A DNA stretch of 64,000 nucleotides from Candidatus Bathyarchaeota archaeon (lineage in GTDB: Archaea > Thermoproteota > Bathyarchaeia > Bathyarchaeales > DTEX01): positions 1-64,000 of the forward strand of contig CAVQNT010000003.1 of NCBI GenBank assembly GCA_963714275.1. Direction: 5' to 3'. This document shows, one piece after another, positions 9,975 to 20,223 of the stretch. Both the position numbers and the translations under genes were made by a program. Every line of letters starts with the position of its first letter. The stretch's first letter is position 1. The notes beneath the pieces are model-generated. The model did no database searches. It was not told where the DNA came from and was given only the letters and a program-made list of their open reading frames with translations.

Positions 9975-11354
9975 TTATAGATTGAGTCCCTTTATCGAGG
10001 AACCTAGACCTACTGGCTCTAATGAGTCTGTTCGGATGATTCCGTCTTTTACTTCGAAGAGGCTTCTATGCCTGTTTTGAACCTCCTGATAGGCGAAGGG
10101 TAGGTATTGCCTGGCGTTATATTCAAATCCCTTTAATGGTTTTGTGCGGCTGGCTAGACTCGCCGAGTGCACCAAAGCTCAAGCCTGGGCATGTTAGGTC
10201 TTGAATTGAGTATGGAATTCGTTTATGCTCCATCTTAGCGATATATATGAGACTCGAGGAATACCATTTACAGGCTTTTACAGCAACCCCTGACCACCCA
10301 AGGTTAAGTGCCAAGTCAAAAGTCTTAAAATCCGTTACACCCTCATCAGCGAGCACAGGCTTAATATTCGCAACCTCCTTCATAGAAAACATGTGATTAA
10401 CAAATTCTCTTTCAGTAGGCTGCTCTAAATAGAGAAGCCGATTAAACGCCATCGGCGAGGCTTCTCTCAATTTCCTTAAATATTCCAAGGTTGCATCTGG
10501 GTTCAGGTTCATCTCGTTAGCGTCCGATGAAAGGTAAAACTCTTCTCGTCCCCTTCTTTTGAGAGTTTCCTGAGCTATCTCGGCAACGGACTTTGTTCTC
10601 TGGACATCCCAATCGATATTTGTCCCACTCAGCTTCACTTTTAAACAGAAGACACCGTCGCGTTCAATCCATTCCTCTAAGCTGACAGGCAATCCATCCT
10701 TTGGGTCGCTTGCATCAACTTCATCCCTTGTCAACTTGTCCAAGGCACCTACTAAGTGGAAGATTGGAAGTTCCTTCACATAACTCGGTCTAAGATAGTC
10801 TGAAATGTATCTACCTCGAAATTCATCTCCTAAATAGAAGCTAAGGTCGTGCTCCATGAACTTCGGGCTGTAACCATCGTAAGAGCATATCCCATTCACA
10901 CGTCCAAAAGCATCATGTAACGCGGCATCTATAGGCGAAGTAGCTACGAGAACACCTAAAACTGGCATGTTGACTTGAAGGCCAAGCTCTTTGTCAACTT
11001 CCTCTGCGATCTTGAAGATCTCTTGTTTTGCTCCTAACATTATATTAATTGGATGTGCATATTTTTTTGATGAACTTTTTTCTAGGAATCGACAAGCTTT
11101 TTCACCTACTATCATCATTGCCCTGAGCTTTTTTCATGAGGTATCGTAAAGTCTGGAAACGCCCATTGATCCATAATGGGCATTGCACCTATGCCATCTG
11201 TCACATGACCCTTCTTGTTTTCAACTGTGGCCTTGACGATCATAGAAGTGGACTCATTGACAACAACTTTGCCAAATTTCAAGGGAACACGGAAGTTATC
11301 AGTCTTAAAAAAAGGGGCAAGTTTCAGAATCTTGATGTCCGAGTCTAATGTCAA
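9975..11354 (-). CDS. Mandelate racemase / enolase superfamily protein, frameshifted
   Basis: DAALHDAFG, LKVKL, DANE, LEQP, ADEG, VAVKACK motifs. Confidence 0.85.
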
Positions 11355-11399
11355 TTATGTCATCCTCAATGTTAGTAGGTATTGCGCCAATTCAAGAAG

Positions 11400-12236
11400 T
11401 TAATAAATATCCTTGAGTACGGTTTTCAGGTATCCTAGGTCTTCTCTTGTCTGAAAAATTAAATGTTGAAAGTCCAAGTCTTCATATTCACTGTGAACCG
11501 AGACATACTCGTTGAAACCTATCTCCTTCAGCCGTTTAAAAAGTTCAGGCCAGGGCACAATTTCTTCCTTTAAAGGCAACATCTGTATCTTCCATTTCTT
11601 CATATTGTCATGCTCATCGGTTACTTTAACCCAACGATAATTTTTAGTCGCGACAAGTCGTATGTAAGGTGCGAGTAGGTCGATGGCCATCTCCCAGCCT
11701 TGGGCTCCTAACTCCGCAAACATGTGTCCTGGATCTATATATGCGCCTATAAGGTTAGGATCACGATCCTTCAAAAACATATACAGTAATGCCGGATCAC
11801 CACTCATATATGGTCCAGCATGAATGTGAATGGTCGCAGTGACACTGTATTTCTCGCTTAAGGAGCAGATTGCATCGATCTTCTTGTTTATTTCATCAAT
11901 CTGGTTTTTGATTTTGCTGAAGCCTTCGTACTTCCAGTAGCCAAGCTTGATGTATTCAACGTCGCAATGTGCAGCCATCTTAAAAATCTCTTCAGCATGA
12001 CCTGTCTTCGCGTCAGTTATATTTGTTGTAATCATGGGAACACATAGACCTTTAGACTTAATGATATCGACTACCTCAGGCAATCTCTTTAGGACATCTT
12101 CAGGAAGAACGTATCCTTCTTCACGAACGGTGAGGTCTGCACCTTCAAATCCCATCTCAGCAATAATATCTGCAGCTTTATCAATAGGTAGGTTTCCTTT
12201 GTTCTTCAACATCTTCGTGAACATCAGAATCCTCAT
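11400..12236 (-). CDS. Sugar phosphate isomerase/epimerase (AP endonuclease 2 TIM barrel)
   Basis: GFEGADLTVR, HIHAG, YIDPGH, SVHSEY. Confidence 0.85.
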   Translation of the reverse strand: MRILMFTKMLKNKGNLPIDKAADIIAEMGFEGADLTVREEGYVLPEDVLKRLPEVVDIIKSKGLCVPMITTNITDAKTGHAEEIFKMAAHCDVEYIKLGYWKYEGFSKIKNQIDEINKKIDAICSLSEKYSVTATIHIHAGPYMSGDPALLYMFLKDRDPNLIGAYIDPGHMFAELGAQGWEMAIDLLAPYIRLVATKNYRWVKVTDEHDNMKKWKIQMLPLKEEIVPWPELFKRLKEIGFNEYVSVHSEYEDLDFQHLIFQTREDLGYLKTVLKDIY

Positions 12237-12346
12237 AGTCTTACCTAGCTATTCAAAAGAGTAGCAATGCATAAAGCCTTTTTTATCTCTTAAGTTAAGA
12301 GACATGCCACTAAAACTATTATTGTACAACTGAAGGAGAAATAGAA

Positions 12347-13369
12347 ATGCCAAAAAAGAAAATATTGTGCATCCCCACAAGGGATCACCTGGAGTATGTA
12401 TTTTCCAAACCGACTTTCAACATGTTGAAGCACAACTTTGATGTGGAATTCAACGTTTTAACCAGAGATTACACATCCGACGAAGTGGCTACCCGAATCA
12501 AGGGGTTCGACGCTTTGATTACAGGCTGGGGATCTCCTGTTTTGACAGCAAATGTCTTTGATAATGCTGATAGCTTGAGGATCATTGTTCACTCAGCTGG
12601 CTCAGTGAAGAATATACTAACCAATGATGTTATTCAAAGGTTTATTATTCCTAAGAAGATTTGTATTTGTAATGCTCCGAGGGCTATTGCATACAATGTT
12701 GCAGAAACAACCTTAGGCTTACTCATTATGATGAGCCACAGATTGATTGATTATGCAGTAAATTTTAAAGAGAAAGCGTTATGGAGAGACCCAAGCATAT
12801 CTAGAGAAGTTTTAACGGTTAATGGTAGTACCATTGGAATTGTGGGAGCAAGTATTGTAGGGAGAGAAGTCATTCGCCTATTGCAGCCCTTTGACGTAAG
12901 GATTTTGGTTTACGACCCCTATCTATTAGTCTCGGATGCAGAAAAGCTTTGTATCAAGAAAACAAGTCTTGAGGACCTGTTCAGTCGGTCAGACTTTGTA
13001 AGTATTCATGCACCATTAACGGATGAAACTTATCACATGATAAATGAACACCACCTAAAACTTCTGCGCGATGGAGCAGTTTTAGTTAATACTTCTCGTG
13101 GGAAGGTCATAGACCAAGAAGCGCTTTTAAAAGAAGCTGAGACAGGAAGAATTTTCGTTGCCCTTGATGTCACAGATCCCGAGCCTTTACCAACTGAGTC
13201 TCCTCTGAGAGAGCTTAGGAATGTCGTAGTCACACCTCATGTCGCAGGCATGGGGACATATGGGATGAAGAAGATAGGTGAGGTGACGCTTCAGGCATTA
13301 GTCGACTTCTTTGCTGGCAGAAAAGTCAAAAATAAGGTTAACTTAGAGAAATATGATATACTCGGATAA
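12347..13369 (+). CDS. D-isomer-specific 2-hydroxyacid dehydrogenase
   Basis: IGIVGASIVG, HAPLTDET, NTSRG, LDVTDPEP, TPHVAG. Confidence 0.93.
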   Translation: MPKKKILCIPTRDHLEYVFSKPTFNMLKHNFDVEFNVLTRDYTSDEVATRIKGFDALITGWGSPVLTANVFDNADSLRIIVHSAGSVKNILTNDVIQRFIIPKKICICNAPRAIAYNVAETTLGLLIMMSHRLIDYAVNFKEKALWRDPSISREVLTVNGSTIGIVGASIVGREVIRLLQPFDVRILVYDPYLLVSDAEKLCIKKTSLEDLFSRSDFVSIHAPLTDETYHMINEHHLKLLRDGAVLVNTSRGKVIDQEALLKEAETGRIFVALDVTDPEPLPTESPLRELRNVVVTPHVAGMGTYGMKKIGEVTLQALVDFFAGRKVKNKVNLEKYDILG

Positions 13370-13534
13370 AAGCATCTTCAAGAGCTAACTAGCTAAAGAT
13401 ATTAAGTTAGCTGACTTCTTCGATACATTGCAAAGCGGATAAGAAAGAAAATAAGAGAGAGAAAAAGGTTAAAATTTAATTCTGACCAGATTTTTGAAAG
13501 CTTAAGCTGACTGGCTTTTAAAAATATTCTATTC

Positions 13535-14461
13535 TTACAGGTACATGTCGAACCATGTCTGGGCGAGTTTTAGGAAGTTTGGTGTGTAAGCGTGGCCTTG
13601 ACCGTGAAGCTCGATGATTGCTCTGGTGTTGGGCAGCCTCTCGTATAATGAGTGTATTGTGTCAGTTGGGCATGCGTCGTCAAGTTCTCCAACTGTGAGT
13701 AGTACTGGATACTTCATGCGCTTGGCGTGGAGTATGGTGTCAACGAAACCTAAAGTATAGAAGCTTTTTTGGAAAGCTTTCTTGTCTTTCGGTAGGTGAG
13801 AAATGAATATTGCGTATGCTCCTTTGTTTTCTTTTGAGTATGCCATGCGAAAACTGGTGAGGAAAGGAACATCAGCAGCTACTGCTCCAACGATGTTTTC
13901 GTCTGAGAGAATGCTGGCTAGGATGAGTGAGGCTCCTCCGCCTTGGCTGCTGCCATAGAATCCGAATTTTGTGTCAACTCTTGGTTGTTTTTGTAGCCAT
14001 CGGAATGCTATGACGGCGTCTTGAAACCAGAAGCGGTATCCATACTCCCTAGGCTTATCGAGGTTTTTATAAAGGACTTGAGGTGTGTTGTCTTGCTCTC
14101 TCCAGCCAAAATTTCCGGGTCCGTCTGGTCCGTTGTAGCCTCTTGGGTTAATATGAAGAATGTGGTATCCAGCGTGAACTAAGTCTGGATGAGATGATGT
14201 TTCTGTTCCATACCCGGGTACATGGATTAGGGTCTTGTGAATGCCGGATATTGGGCATTCCTGCCATAGGCACCAGAAGGGCTGTCCGTCAGTGCCTTTA
14301 AACTTTAGCCATGTCCCTAACCCAGCGTGGTAGTCATAGGCCTCGTTTGGCTTGGCAGCACGTTCAATTTTTTCTATTGGTTCGGGGTCTTTGAGCACTT
14401 CTAAAAGTGCATCATGCCAGTATGATTCTACTTCAGCTTCGGACGGATAATTATCTGACAT
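13535..14461 (-). CDS. Acetylxylan esterase / cephalosporin-C deacetylase (CE7-like alpha/beta hydrolase)
   Basis: GSSQGG nucleophile elbow, DVPFL, D..CP and GH catalytic motifs. Confidence 0.85.
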   Translation of the reverse strand: MSDNYPSEAEVESYWHDALLEVLKDPEPIEKIERAAKPNEAYDYHAGLGTWLKFKGTDGQPFWCLWQECPISGIHKTLIHVPGYGTETSSHPDLVHAGYHILHINPRGYNGPDGPGNFGWREQDNTPQVLYKNLDKPREYGYRFWFQDAVIAFRWLQKQPRVDTKFGFYGSSQGGGASLILASILSDENIVGAVAADVPFLTSFRMAYSKENKGAYAIFISHLPKDKKAFQKSFYTLGFVDTILHAKRMKYPVLLTVGELDDACPTDTIHSLYERLPNTRAIIELHGQGHAYTPNFLKLAQTWFDMYL

Positions 14462-14750
14462 AATTGCAAACCTGCGTTAAGAATTTCCTGATTGAAGCAT
14501 CATCTGTCTCTAAAACTTTGGTTTTGAACCAAATATATATTTCGACGTCAACAAAGGTTGATTTTTTTAGAAACAAAACATAACATTGACCCGACCAAAT
14601 AGGTCTTATGGGTGTCTCAATGTAGCAAAGTCTAGCTAGCTAGCCATCACAAATAAAACACTACTTCAGGTATAAAAAATCACAACCTTAATCCTCAATA
14701 AAGCTTCCACTAACCGATTTAATGAAAAGCTCTAAGGTCTAAGTTAAGTT

Positions 14751-15882
14751 TTAAGCATGGTATTTGCCGTATTTTCTGGCTTCGTCAACCATTGTGTATA
14801 TGTTTTCGACCTTGCAGTTTGCGTGTAACGAATTGCTTGATGCGAGAATGTAGCCTCCGTCTTTGGCTGCGGCGTCTATGCATCGGCGGACATCTCTTCT
14901 AACATCTTCCTCTGTTCCGAAGGGCAGAACGTAGCGGCAGTCAACGTTTCCGAGGATGCAGACTCGGCTTCCATACCTTGCTTTAACGTCTTTCAGGTCC
15001 ATGGCTCCCGGCTCAACTGGGTGGATGCCGCGGATTCCAGCCTCAACCATGTCGTCAAGAATCGGGTAAACGTTTCCGTCTGAATGTTTCAGAACCGGGA
15101 CTCCGTTCTTTTTGGCTAAGGCGACCATGCTGCGGATGTTGGGAACTCGAACTCCCTGAACTGTTTCAGGCTCATCAGTGGCGAATGGCAGTCCGCATAG
15201 TCGTCTGTTATGAACGCCACTTCAGCGCCGGCTTCAAGCATCAGTTTTACCATGCCACGGCAGGTTTCAGCAATTTTGTCCATAAATTTCCTCAGCTGCT
15301 AAAGGTTTGCGGTACATGTCTATGATGAGTTTGTCGATTCCACCTCGAACTTGGAAAGCCATATGCCAACCTGCGTGTCCCTGACAGACAACAGCGACAT
15401 CCTTATCCTTAAGAGGTTTGATGGACTTTTCAGCCATCTCATACATGCCTTCAGCCTCAGGGTCAGGCGGCACGTAGTTCTCCATGCCTTCTTCGGTTTC
15501 CACTGTTGCGCTGACCCACCAAGTTGTTTTTGTGTCCCGCCTGGAATCCAGTATTCTCCCCCACTCGTCGATGAACCGGGTTGCAGAAAGAAACCGAGGC
15601 TTGTAGCCCATACTGCAAAGCGCATAGTCACTTATGGCTGGAACAGCGTCAAACCCAAGCCTTCAGACACGCCTTTCCAAGAGCAATTCTGCTTTGGACC
15701 GAGGCTGCCCAGGGATTGTCTTCCGAACCAGCTATGAGGCTGAACCCGCCTAGGCTTTCGCCCGTTATCGCCTCTATGATCGGCGGGTCAAGACCAAGAT
15801 CCGTGATCGGAACCATGTCCGGCTGCTTCAGGTCAACCGCAGCGTAGAACCTTTCCCGACGCGACATACCCATACATGTCAA
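14751..15882 (-). CDS. Uroporphyrinogen decarboxylase / MtaA-CmuA family protein, frameshifted
   Basis: MSRRER...PDMVP, DEWG, TDDYA, HSDG, GNVD, GGYILASSNS. Confidence 0.85.
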
Positions 15883-16249
15883 CCACCTGAAAGACTATAC
15901 AGCGTACATTGCATAACTTTTTCTCTTCTTCGACACAAAAAAGAGCTGAAAAGGGCTTAACTGTTTTCAGATTGATTCTAAGAGTGGTTCAGACAGTACT
16001 GAGGGTAGTACTAAAATATGTTTAGTGATGATTTAATTATAATATTTTTCCTCATCAACCATTTTATCTATAATCGTGAAAGTTTTTTTTGAGAATGTTT
16101 TTCCTTGAACGTAAAGGAGCAAAACTCCAACTATAGTTAATGATTGCCCTCATGGAGAGATGGAGAAATTCCCTAGAAGGTTGCAATAAATATTCATCAG
16201 CACAAAGAAAAGAATTATGCAATAAGCTTATATAATTATTAACAAAAAA

Positions 16250-17772
16250 TTGGAATGCATAGTGAAGAAGGGAAAAAATGAGTTGTCTGAAAGATTATTT
16301 TCTAAGTCCATACTTAAAATGAAAGAGTTTGAAATGAAGAGAGAAATTAGAGATCCTCTGTACAATTATATTCATATCAATGAGTTTGAAAATGACATAA
16401 TTGATACCGAAGAATTTCAGAGGCTTGACCGTATTTTTCAAATGCCCACTGCAAGATTTGTTTATCCGAGTGGTACTTATACAAGGAAATCGCACTCACT
16501 CGGCGTTATGTACTTAGCTAACAAAGCATTTCTTCATATCCTTTACTCTCAATGTAAAGATTTCCATCAGATAAGCCCTTTATTTTTTGAGCCAATTGTA
16601 AGAAAGGATACAAAAGCTCAACTAAATCTTTTGGACCAGCAACCACTACAGGATTGGTGGGATAAAAAAACGTTTACAGAATTAATACAGTGTTTAAGAC
16701 TGGCGGCTCTTCTTCATGATATTGGGCATGCTCCTTTTACTCACCTCTTCGAAGATGTTTGTATGGAACTGAGCGAGAGAGAAAAAGATAGTCAGTTTAG
16801 GTTTAACCATGAAGAAATGTCACGTAAGATTATTAAAGAAAGATTGGCTGATAAGTTTAAAGATCCTATTAATGTAGATGACATTATTCAAATACTTTCT
16901 CCACCAGATGAATCTAATGCACCTAGATTTCTTCACGAAATAATTGACGGACCATACGATTGCGACAAACTAGACTATTTACTACGAGATTCATACCATA
17001 TCGGAACAAAAGAATATGGAAGTATTGATTACGAAAGGATAATAGATGGTTTCAGAGTTAATGGTCTCAAGTTACTCGTTTCAAAATCAGCAATTGGTGC
17101 TCTAATGAACAGTTTTAACGCAATACAATCTATGTATACAAATGTCTACTATCACAAGACATCTAGAATTTTTGATTTTATGATTTCTGATGCATTAATG
17201 TTAATCCCAAATTACATTAGAGATATGATATCAAGTGTTAATGAATTTATAGGATATGATGACTTTAATTTCATCACGGAAATTAAGCATAGACGTAATA
17301 GCAGCGGAAAGGATAAGTTTAAGAGAAGCTTACGAAATTCTAAAAAAAGTCATGAATAGGGAAAAAGCATACAAATCAATCTACTCCCATAATATAACTC
17401 TAGGAATAGTGAGAGATAGAGAAACAGATTTTATCCAGTTGAAAAAAGACTTAGAGGAAACTGCTAAAGACTTGAAGATTATTGTTGATTTTAGAGCTAG
17501 AATCCGTCCTGTAGGGATTAACATGGAAAGTCTACGCTATTGGTTAATTCATGATAACATTTTTGATGAGGATGACCCGACTTCTCCTACAAAAAATCTG
17601 GAAGAGATATCTAAGGCATACTTCGGAGCCTCTTAGAAAATATCAGATATTATTTTACATTTTTGTCGAAAGAAACCCGCCAAAAAAATTTAATTATCGT
17701 ATCAACCGAATAATAGAAACAGCCGAACAAAAGTTAAAAGAAATAGAAAAGGAAGAAGAAAAATTAGGTTGA
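16250..17772 (+). CDS. HD-domain dNTP triphosphohydrolase (SAMHD1/YwfO-like), frameshifted at the 3' end
   Basis: IRDPL, FQRL..I.Q, R.SHSLG, LLHDIGHAPFTH, D.DKLDYLLRD, VYYH. The real start is probably the ATG near 16319 or 16334. Confidence 0.9.
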
Positions 17773-18309
17773 AAGTTCACGGAGTAAGATATTTGCTTTT
17801 TCGTTCTCGTCCCCCCTCAAAATATTTCCATTATACCAAAGTAAGCAAGTAATCATCTGGAGATCCTCAGGCGAATACTTTGAAAGACCACTTCCTACGT
17901 TTCGGGCTTTTTTGAGTAGCGAGTTGTCCATATTGTGGTTAGAAGCTTATTTGAGTTCTCCAATAGGAATGAATAATCTATGTGAAGCGTAAGACTAGAC
18001 ACGCCCAACCTAGCAAATCCCTCGAAATCCTGATAGTAATTAGGCAATCCCATAATCTTTTGACCAATATATATCCCATTATTAATACTGCGTCGATACT
18101 TTTTCTGAAAGCCTTCCAAGAAAGAGTTTAACATGCCAATTCTTTCCATATTATGCATTTTTTATTACACTCCCTTGAGTCCCAATTTTTCATCATGTCA
18201 TATATATAATTTTTCATCATACGAGCTCAAACATAAACCGTATTTAACTCCTATGTGCCAGACCGTATAGGGGGAGGGGGATCTCTAAGATTTTGTCCCA
18301 TCCTTCTCC

Positions 18310-18589
18310 TTATTTTTCCAGCCTTCTCCTCATCAGCCATCTGTTCGGTCCGATGACCTGGCAATCATATCCGCTATTAGCCAATTTGACCAATTCATCA
18401 TCAGTTTCAACTATTTTGCTCTCACAGGTTTCATTTCCATTCTCCTTTAACATCTTTAAAAACGCTTCCTTTACTCTTGGCTCTGCATGAACTCCTTCAG
18501 TCTTGCATCTATTTTTTTGTCTATTTCTTCAGGGGACGGTCCGCTTTGGGTTCCACTAATAGATTCAGATATTTTTCTCTATGCCTGTC
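18310..18589 (-). pseudogene. C-terminal relic, possibly of an archaeal tyrosine integrase
   Basis: With frameshifts reads ..IEK.LSISGTQSGPSPEEIDKKIDARLKEFM.EPRVKEAF..ESKIVETDDELVKLANSGYDCQVIGPNRWLMRRRLEK*. Resembles the KIV..EEL..L..G(W/Y) tail of archaeal integrases. No catalytic residues present. Confidence 0.3.
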
Positions 18590-18753
18590 ACTAGCTGACC
18601 TAACGAGACCTAAAAGGGGATAGTTCAACAACACGTTTGTAAAGGGGCACTATCTGGAACCCTGACTGCAACAGATGCTGAAAAAACCTAGGGGGTAGGG
18701 GCTGAGAAATATTAATGTCAGACCTTTTTCTAAGGTGTTAAACATTTTAGAGT

Positions 18754-19638
18754 TCAAAATTGTAATAGGCTTGTTTGGCTCTTATCTAATGAACATTTCA
18801 TTCTGAATTCGCAGTAATTGCATTTCCATGAATTCTCTTTTGTGACTTTTACAGCTTCTCTTTCGCCTAGCCAGTAGTCTTTTGTAAAGTCTATGTATTC
18901 TGCAAATTTCTTTTCATCGAACTTGAATCTATGTTCACCTATCAGTTTTCTAATTTGCTGGTATTCATAGAGAATTGTTAGTTCTTTTGAGGTGTCAGGA
19001 AGATTTGGTAATAGCTTGAATGTGGCTCTGGCTAGTTTGTTAATGTTTGGTTCTATATGTATCTCTTTGGAAACAATTTCTTCTTCAAATTCTTTGCTTA
19101 TTTTAGTAGATAGATCGAAATTATAGAAAGACATTAGATCATTGTGAGTGAAAGAGCCAAGTTTTGAATCTTCAAAAAGTTTGTAATATAACATGAGTTG
19201 AAATTCATTAGGGATCATCTGTTCAATTCTTGGCATGTTTTTTCCCCTTCTGGTTTTGTGATCAAGAATTTCAACCATTTCGTTTCTTATCCTCAGCTAC
19301 ATTGATCATTCTAAAACAAAGATCGAGTCTATTCTTCCAAAAACAGGCAGTTCTCTAGTCAATCCCGTAGCCTTAAGTCGTGTAATGCCTACTTGGGCAT
19401 TATGAAGGCGAACTGCAATTTCATCTTCTGTGGTTTCAGTTTTTACAGGAATTAATTCAGCAATTTCTTCATGAAGTTGACTGTGCCTTTTGGTTCCAAT
19501 AATCTCTTCTTCTTTCTTTTTTTCTCCATATTCAAATCTAAACTCTAATTGTTTCTCGCACCAGAGTTGATTAGCAAGCCAGTGGACAGCTACACCCTTT
19601 TTCCCATATTTTTCTATTGGAGTAGACAGCTGAATCAT
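18754..19638 (-). CDS. Exonuclease V (Exo5) / Cas4-like PD-(D/E)XK nuclease with Fe-S cysteines, frameshifted
   Basis: WCEKQ, GTKRH..LHEE, RELPVFG, DHKTR, QLMLY, and C-terminal KCNYCEF..KC. Confidence 0.85.
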
Positions 19639-19661
19639 CCTATCCTGATAGCTTTGTCTAT

Positions 19662-20223
19662 CTAATCTGAAAACGATTTTTTGTTTTTTTGGATTAGAAA
19701 CCAGTAGGTTAGTAGGTCTTTTTCTTTGGTTTCGTAGTCTGGAAGTTTCTTGTTTATGAGTTTCCAGAATGTTTCGTTATGTTTTCTTTCTATGGAGTGG
19801 GCTGTTTCGTGGTAGATGATGTATTCGATTAGGTTCTTGTGGCAAGTATTTTAGGAGGGTGTTGACGGTTAGGTTTCCGTTTTTGCTGTGGCTTGCCCAT
19901 TTTGTCTTCATTTTTCTGAAATAGATTCTGTTTATCTTTGTGTTGAGTTCTGTTTGATAGTTTTGGGCGAGTGTGTTAACGAGGATTCTTAGTTCTTTGT
20001 CTGTTCTGTTTTGGTTGATGGTTTTGGTTTTTGCTTCTTCGAGGGCTTTTTTTATGAGATTGTTGTTTCTGTTGTATCCATTTTTTGTATTTTTCGAGGG
20101 TTTGTTTTTCGCTTTTGTAGCTTTTTGGCAATATGAGGAGTAGGGTGCCTGTTTTGAATTCGAGGCGTGGGTGTTTTACGTCGCGGTAGGCGAGTGTGTA
20201 TTCGATGTTGTGTCTTTATCCAT
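19662..20223 (-). CDS. M48/YgjP-like (SprT) zinc metallopeptidase coupled to type I R-M, frameshifted
   Basis: RKMKTKWASHS..GNLTVN and YIIYHETAH..ERKHNETFW. Its start overlaps the hsdR stop (ATGGATAA). Confidence 0.8.

Noticed and set aside
17895-18158. 87-aa minus-strand ORF as a functional gene
   Set aside because: No recognisable motif. Probably a fragment, so I cannot support a call.
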